38,937 nt of DNA, taken from positions 1 to 38,937 of the forward strand of contig MCFE01000757.1 of assembly GCA_002104905.1 (NCBI GenBank). The letters are read 5' to 3'. Below the pieces are notes generated by a model that saw only the letters and a list, made by a program, of their open reading frames with translations, had not been told where the DNA came from and did not search any database. Shown here one piece after another: positions 36,437-38,937 of the stretch. This DNA comes from Basidiobolus meristosporus CBS 931.73. Taxonomy: Eukaryota; Fungi; Basidiobolomycota. Within the stretch, counting starts at the first letter, position 1. Each line of letters starts with the position of its first letter. The position numbers were made by a program, and so were the translations under genes.

Positions 36437-37706
36437 TGCAATCGCTTTGAATTGCTCACATTTGTAATGATCCCGACAACCCTTTTTTTTGCGATCCAAA
36501 TTGAGCCATCGCAAATCAGTGATCATCAAATTTTTGATATAAGTAATATCAAGGTTGTCTCACATTTGAGACAGAACCCCTATAAATAAACACCCTGCAT
36601 ATATATACGTCATCTGTACTACCAGTGCAGCTATTGGATCTGTTTCGCACCTACACAATCGCTTGCGTGCTAGCTATGACACCTTGTCCAATCACTAGGA
36701 TCAGGGATTTACTTGCTCAATGGGCAAAATGGGATATTTAATGGCGAATCAGGTAGCTTTTTCAGTAGTCAATGAGCCAATTGGGGGCTGCCAGTTTCAG
36801 GATACTTTTGGACCAATTAACCACTGAGATACCGTCCAATTGGAGTGAGGGTAACCAAAATGGTAAGTATCAGTGTAGTTTATAGTGTGATACACATTTA
36901 TTTCCATTTACATTAAAGAAACATATCCAAATACCGGATTTTACCTGCCATTATAGCGGTATCCAATCGCGCACGTGATGCAAACATTACGAGTTGGCGT
37001 GATCATCCGCGCCGACCTCATCGTGTCAGATTGTGCCGTAGTGTGTGAGATCGTCCCGCATAGTGCGAAATTGTCCAAGAACGATCCTGCCTTCTGGTAG
37101 CTATAATATCACGCCCAATCCTTCTTTGCGACCGCGGATTGCGCCGCGCGCCCTGGCACGGTACAATGGAACAAGTCTATTGATAAAAGGGATGATGATT
37201 TATTGTTGAGGGATAGCCTCCCTTATATACTTTTCTTACTGGCTAAGTGATTACTAATCATGGTGTTCCAGAAGGTTCTAGATATCAATAGAAGTCTTAA
37301 TTTCATCAGAATGACCTAAGAATGTTCTAAGTAGGTGCCAGAAGGTTCTAAGGGGCACAGCACATCCAACCAATCAGGAATCAGTATTCTGAAACCTGTG
37401 TAACATAGGGATACCATATATGGTATGGAAATGGTGGGGATGGTGACACAGGTTGATCATGTGTCACAGGTACTGGCGCGGGTACTTGCCTAATATAGAA
37501 GCACTTATAGCTAGCAATCTTATACAAAGTGAGGGGTAACTTATGCAATATGGTAAGCAGGTGTGATAGGCAACTGGCTTATGGGATAGTACTGATTGTG
37601 TAAGACAAATGGGATAAAACTAAAATAAATGTAGTAGAGATATAGGGAAGTAGAAAATGAGGGAACAAGCATGTCTGTCAGTAGGTGTCACTGTTACCCC
37701 ACTACA

Positions 37707-37885
37707 GCGGCGTTAATTGGCAAGAACTGCATTTTTTTTTGCATACCTCCCTGTCTCAGGCTTGGGTAGATATTTTTCCCTTTACATTTTCCTTTACCAC
37801 TGCCAGGTCCTTCACTGCTACTTTGTCTGAATGCTTCTTGTGAAGAACTACATTTTCTTGTAGATAAATTCTGCTCTAACACATC
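37707..37885 (-). repeat. Fragment of the CACTA-like ORF2 3' region
   Basis: Homologous to ~20067-20230 (ATTGGCAAG..CCTCCCTGTCTC..CACTGCCAGGTC). Confidence 0.75.
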
Positions 37886-38930
37886 AAGATATGTCCAGCA
37901 CTTCTCAAGTGTTTTGTGTGTGGGGTGTTCACTGGGTGCAATAACCTCTGGCAAAAGCTTGCTAGGAATACTGGTGTTCTGTCTCTAATCTAATGTGAAG
38001 GGGAATAAAGCCACAAGCTTGTCAAGGGAAAACTATTGAGCTACAATCCCCAACTTAGTTGGCATCATAACAAAAGTATATGCTGCATTCAGCGTCCTTT
38101 GAGATGACAATGTACTAAAGCTTCCAAAGTCAAAACAACTGTAAACTCCACCAGCAGGGACTTGATAAGAATGCAGCTGTGGTCAATAGTTACAAAGACA
38201 GAAAAGTATCTTTGCCTGTACAAGAACAAACTTGGGAAAGAATCAAATATAATAAAAGATACCTACTCTGAGTATTCCTCACAAGTAGTGCCTCCAAGGT
38301 CAGTTGGCAGTCAGTGCGGTTTCCTGGGAGTGTCCTGTGGTCTGGGGTTGAAAGTTCAGGTAGCAGCAGGTAGCAGTGATCATGCTAATCAACAAGTTGG
38401 TATATTGATAAAAGGGATGATGATTTATTGTTGAGGGAGAGCCTCCCTTATATACTTTTCTTACTGGCTAAGTGATTACTAATCATGGTGTTCCAGAAGG
38501 TTCTGGATATCAATAGAAATCTTAATGACATCGGAATGACCTAAGAATGCTCTAAGTAGGTGCTGGAAGGTTCTAAGAGGCACAGCACATCCAACCAATC
38601 AGGAATCAGTATTCTGAAACCTGTGTAACATAGGGACACCATATATGGTATGGAAATGGTAGGGATGGTGAAACAGGTTGATCATGTGTCATAGGTACTG
38701 GCGCAGGTACTTGCCTAATATAGAAGCACTTATAGCTAGTAATCTACATAAAGTGAGGGGTAACTTATACAATAAGGTAAGCAGGTGTGATAGTTAACCA
38801 GCTTATGGGATAGTACCTATTGGGTAAGACAAATGGGATAAAACTAAAATAAATGCAGTAGAGATATAGGGAAGTAGAAAATGAGGGAATGAGCACATCT
38901 GTCAGTGGGTGTCACTGTCACCCCACTACA
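37886..38930 (-). repeat. 3' LTR (copy C) of another Ty3/Gypsy element running off the window; ~20 bp missing at its left end
   Basis: Colinear with copy B, ends CCCCACTACA, followed by TCCACCC (the PPT on minus). Confidence 0.9.
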
Positions 38931-38937
38931 TCCACCC

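Larger units (their letters stand above)
32942..37178. mobile_element. PIF/Harbinger-superfamily (PHIS, Pangu-like) DNA transposon, 4237 bp including a nested solo LTR
   Basis: 25-bp TIRs (AGACTTGTTCCRTTGKACMGTGCCA, 3 mismatches), ATT TSD at 32939-32941 and 37179-37181, two divergent genes. Confidence 0.92.
32851..37706 (-). repeat. Half LTR (copy D) split into 32851-32941 and 37179-37706 by the Harbinger-type insertion
   Basis: Removing 32942-37178 plus one ATT restores the LTR sequence (CATATTGATAAAAGGGATG); ends in CCCCACTACA. Confidence 0.9.
18301..38937. other. CpG-depleted, repeat-derived domain
   Basis: CpG is common up to ~18300, then falls to roughly 1-2 per kb by eye, except inside parts of the Harbinger-type element. 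CpA remains abundant. Confidence 0.85.

Noticed and set aside
25681-38930. Long direct repeats as a CRISPR-like or satellite array
   Set aside because: They are ~1-kb LTRs with PBS/PPT, not short repeat-spacer units. No tRNA, rRNA or telomeric arrays were seen by eye.

Overview
Eukaryotic DNA from an intron-rich fungus; the short introns with CTAAC/CTGAC branch sites and the gene content suggest an early-diverging lineage (inference). The window has two compartments. (1) About 1-18.3 kb has normal CpG content and a compact gene block: a GPI-type chitin deacetylase (CE4), RPL30, a spliced gene with a bacterial YlxR/RnpM-like RNA-binding module, a membrane-anchored beta-helix protein of bacterial type, PKR1, and a 13-intron Gfo/Idh/MocA oxidoreductase with a degenerate active site and one GC-AG intron. 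(2) About 18.3-38.9 kb is a nested transposon domain that is largely CpG-depleted: two inverted degenerate CACTA-like copies, a Ty3/Gypsy element with a single gag-pol frame, several more LTRs, a 4.2-kb PIF/Harbinger-superfamily (Pangu-like, ATT TSD) element and its 211-bp MITE. Top leads are the eukaryotic YlxR-like protein, the bacterial-type beta-helix gene, apparent CpG-centred LTR target sites, and a Harbinger-type transposase ORF that is CpG-poor yet intact inside an otherwise CpG-rich element. Exon models were built by eye; protein identities come from remembered motifs, not database searches.
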